In this document: positions 1 to 2,330 of the stretch, piece by piece
How the letters are laid out: each line of letters starts with the position of its first letter
How positions within the stretch are numbered: the first letter of the stretch is position 1
Assembly: GCA_000004985.1 (NCBI GenBank)
Contig: GG739269.1
Strand: one strand, 5' to 3'
DNA: 2,330 nt
Origin: Naegleria gruberi
Lineage: Eukaryota
Notes under the pieces: model-generated
The model's database searches: none
Told to the model about the DNA's origin: nothing
What the model saw: only the letters and a program-made list of their open reading frames with translations
Position numbers and translations under genes: made by a program

Positions 1-665
1 TATTTGCAGTGGTCTAGGGCCATTTTGATGACAGGTAATTCGACTGCATCATACGCCCCTTCTATATCTAAATTCACTAAAATAAAAGTCCTTTTCCTTG
101 TTTTCATTGCTAAGGCAGAGAGTAATACACCATGATTCAAAGTATTTCTGTCTGTAATAAATGCTTGTTGTCTAACATTAATATGAGTTGATGCCCAAGA
201 TCTCAATCTAAATGCTATAATATTAAATAATATTCTGTAAAATATTGGTAAAATAGTAATTGGGCGAATATCACTTAAGGTATTAATTTCTCTTTTAGGA
301 ATGAGTTTTACCCATCCTTGTTTCCAATTTTGTGGAATATCACCATCTCTTAAACATCTATTATATTCTTCTAAGAGGATTCCTTGATTAGCTTCTGTAA
401 GATGTTTAATTATATCAAGTGAGATTAGATCAGGCCCAGAAGTGTTTGATTTCATTCGTTTGAGAGCATCTTGTAGCTCTTTAATATGAATCGAATTGCT
501 CCAATCTGGACCTTCTTTGATAGTTGAATTACTTGGTGTGAATGTTGGTTGTTGATTAGTGGAGGTAAATTTGTTTGTAAAGTAATCCACTATTTCTTCT
601 TCTTCAAAGTTAAGGTCTTTCCACATAATTTGGTTAGAGTGTATCATTTTATCAAATTGATACAT
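1..665 (-). CDS. Partial CDS (N-terminal 221 aa, 3' end runs beyond window position 1) for a reverse transcriptase of non-LTR retrotransposon (LINE) type. Hand translation gives MYQFDKMIHSNQIMWKDLNFEEEEIVDYFTNKFTSTNQQPTFTPSNSTIKEGPDWSNSIHIKELQDALKRMKSNTSGPDLISLDIIKHLTEANQGILLEEYNRCLRDGDIPQNWKQGWVKLIPKREINTLSDIRPITILPIFYRILFNIIAFRLRSWASTHINVRQQAFITDRNTLNHGVLLSALAMKTRKRTFILVNLDIEGAYDAVELPVIKMALDHCK...
   Basis: Reverse complement of 1-665 translates with no stop codon. ATG is the reverse complement of +663-665, with A at -3. An in-frame TAA lies upstream (reverse complement of +711-713). Recognisable LINE RT motifs: KSNTSGPDLISLDIIKHL (motif 0, consensus K-PGPDGI), NWKQGWVKLIPKRE (motif 1, W--a-i--IPK), IRPITILPIFYRILFNIIAFRL (motif 2, RPISL----K-----RL), RQQAFITDRNTL (motif 2a, QaGFrpGRs) and ILVNLDIEGAYDAV (motif 3, FLDIEKAFDSV). 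The ORF is absent from the supplied track, presumably because it has no stop within the window. Confidence 0.8.
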   Translation of the reverse strand, partial: MYQFDKMIHSNQIMWKDLNFEEEEIVDYFTNKFTSTNQQPTFTPSNSTIKEGPDWSNSIHIKELQDALKRMKSNTSGPDLISLDIIKHLTEANQGILLEEYNRCLRDGDIPQNWKQGWVKLIPKREINTLSDIRPITILPIFYRILFNIIAFRLRSWASTHINVRQQAFITDRNTLNHGVLLSALAMKTRKRTFILVNLDIEGAYDAVELPVIKMALDHCK

Positions 666-678
666 TCTAGATGAAGAG

Positions 679-695
679 TTGGGTTTGGGTTTGGG
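679..695. repeat. Short telomere-like hexamer repeat TT(GGGTTT)2GGG on the + strand, CCCAAA on the strand carrying the RT ORF. It lies 14-30 nt 5' of the RT start codon.
   Basis: Direct reading: ttgggtttgggtttggg at 679-695. Only about 2.5 units. Confidence 0.4.
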
Positions 696-1314
696 AACCT
701 CGGATACCTCTTACTCCAATCTCTTATTGATTTAAGATTTTGAAATTGTTTATTGTTGATACGAATCAGAAGCTTCTTATTGTGACAACACTTGATAGAA
801 GAATGGGAAAGTGGTTGCATTAATTCAACATATTGAAAGTGAACAAGGTTCTCATCTCAAGATTTGGAACTCTTCTTCATGAAGAGGAGGTTATTGGGTG
901 GTGACTAGAGAGAAACATTTCCTTGTAGCTTTTCTACTAGTAAATGATTAATTGACCAAGATGTTGACCTATAATATGGAAACACAATAAAATTCAATAA
1001 TACTGATAAATACAGTAGTGAATATGAATGGTAATTATAAATCACTGAAAAAATCATGATTGGATCCATTTTGAGACTTTTGGAAGTCAACTTGGATGGC
1101 AATAGGGGAGCTTTTGATGTGGTTAACACTTTTAAGGGATCTGAATATTTTATTAGATAATATATGTCATCGTTTTACTTTATCACTAAATGTTGAATAT
1201 CATGATGTTATGACCTATATTTCCAATTTGCGAAATGTTGCAATGTCAATGTTTAATTGAAATATTGCCATCATACCAATAATTGATTATATATTATAAA
1301 ACTGATATTATACA

Positions 1315-1345
1315 CTATAATTGATATATATATGAATATATAATT
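1315..1345. repeat. TA-rich low-complexity tract / short (TA)n microsatellite: ttgatatatatatgaatatataat.
   Basis: Direct reading: atatatatat at 1324-1333, followed by gaatatataat. Confidence 0.5.
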
Positions 1346-1819
1346 GAAAGATTTGGTTTTAGACATTTATTAATGACGTGGGTAGTTCACTAAGGTAGTA
1401 ACTTTGTCATATGATAACTATCTAAGATGATATTGAAATCATTCCAAAATTGATTCGGTGAGAGTATTTGATGATTATAACTTGGTAGTATTGAATTGGT
1501 GTTGATTATTACCATTCATGACATGTAAGAATGTTACCTTTTTGTCAATTAGGACAGTAGCTTGACAGATAGTCCAATTATATAGATATTGATTTGTATC
1601 ACTCAAATACGTTATGAACATCAATTATAAGAGTATTTGTATGATATTCTATCTTGTTGAACATCTTGATATTGACTTGTCATATTATCATGAGTAGTTA
1701 GTGACATGGTTAAATGGCATGAATACTGAATGATGTCCAAATGATTTGAAACTGATAGAAACCTCATTATATGATGTTAATAACATATTGTATCAATTTG
1801 GTATTGAATCTCATTGTCC

Positions 1820-1849
1820 TTAGGGTACTTCCCTATTGAGGTACCTTAA
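1820..1849. other. Imperfect inverted repeat ttagggtac (1820-1828) / gtaccttaa (1841-1849) with 8 of 9 complementary positions and a 12-nt loop. It contains a GGTACC palindrome.
   Basis: Direct reading. Reverse complement of the right arm is ttaaggtac, against left arm ttagggtac, one mismatch. Confidence 0.3.
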
Positions 1850-2330
1850 TTGACCATCTCTATATTTAAATTGAGATATGATATTTATTTCAATTGTATC
1901 ATTTTGTAAATGATGGATAAGTAGCCAAGTTGTGTATGGTGTAGAATTGGTATAACATTATTTTCAACATTTACAAGTGCCAATTCTCATCATCTGTTGG
2001 ACCAAAACAAAAAATTTTGTTATAGTGGTGGTTTTTTTACTAATATCCACATGTACAATATCGGAACAAGGAGATGCTCTATAGTTGTGCAGAATCATTC
2101 CACCAACAATAAGTTTTTGAAATATTCTTTTCTTAGTGAACTTTGCTTGCATCATAATTATTAAGGAATTGTTTCAAGTAGATGGAAAGTGTTCTAAAAT
2201 TGCTGTAGATGGTAACATTCCGTTACAGCATAGTTAAATTCTAAGAAATGATTGAGATTTGCCATTTTTTCACAACTGTAATCTTTAAAACAATGGTTGT
2301 TATCCAACCCGAGTAAAAACTGTTGAAATG

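Noticed and set aside
8-36. gcagtggtctagggcc, which resembles a tRNA D-arm / A-box (AGTGGTCTAG).
   Set aside because: It lies inside the RT coding frame (MALDHCK). No B-box (GGTTCGANTCC) or cloverleaf partner lies downstream, so it is a coincidental match.
671-733. Small + strand ORF atgaagagttgggtttgggtttgggaacctcgg... (MKSWVWVWEPRIPLTPISY*, 20 aa).
   Set aside because: Too short to be credible. It is generated by the GGGTTT repeat.
666-1000. Search for a TATA box or promoter for the RT ORF on the minus strand.
   Set aside because: No TATAAA-like element within about 250 bp upstream of the ATG. The nearest candidate (tataatat, around 970-977) is about 300 bp away and cannot be supported from sequence alone.
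905-1129. 74-aa minus-strand ORF from the supplied track (MLTTSKAPLLPSKLTSKSLKMDPIMIF...).
   Set aside because: Low-complexity, S/L/K-rich, with no recognisable domain. It lies in AT-rich sequence where ORFs of this length arise by chance, and no supporting signals are present.
1160-1175. ttttactttat, which resembles a budding-yeast ARS consensus (WTTTAYRTTTW).
   Set aside because: It mismatches at the R position. The ACS is a degenerate AT-rich motif expected by chance in such sequence, and it is only meaningful in Saccharomyces.
1964-2155. 63-aa minus-strand ORF from the supplied track (MMQAKFTKKRIFQKLIVGG...).
   Set aside because: Short, with no recognisable motif. It is bounded by an in-frame TGA 15 nt upstream of its ATG and is probably a chance ORF.
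1-2330. Possibility of prokaryotic, organellar or mitochondrial origin, or of a defence system or CRISPR array.
   Set aside because: TGG is used five times for Trp, and the RT is of eukaryotic LINE type. There are no repeat-spacer arrays, no operon-like gene packing and no Shine-Dalgarno-style signals. Composition and codon bias look nuclear-eukaryotic and yeast-like.

Overview
AT-rich (about 30% GC) eukaryote-like sequence. Bases 1-665 on the minus strand form a single open frame with no stops. It starts at an ATG (+663-665) and runs off the window at base 1, giving 221 codons. The frame encodes the N-terminal part of a non-LTR retrotransposon (LINE)-type reverse transcriptase (RT), with fingers/palm motifs 0, 1, 2, 2a and 3 recognisable by eye. 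The catalytic FADD motif and anything C-terminal would lie beyond base 1. Codon usage is yeast-like: AGA for Arg, TTA/TTG for Leu, TGG for Trp (so not a mitochondrial code), and no in-frame CTG. The remaining roughly 1.6 kb (720-2330) is AT-rich and closed in all six frames. Only two short ORFs (74 and 63 aa) occur there, both low-complexity and probably spurious. No rRNA, tRNA or CRISPR features were found, and nothing prokaryotic-looking. The most unusual point is architectural. RT motif 0 begins only about 70 residues after the start codon, and all frames upstream are closed. The usual N-terminal AP-endonuclease or zinc-finger/Myb region of LINE ORF2 is therefore absent. That implies a 5'-truncated copy, an RT-first element with a C-terminal restriction-like (RLE-type) endonuclease, or an RT-only or domesticated gene. 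No database search was possible, so family and organism assignments are inference.
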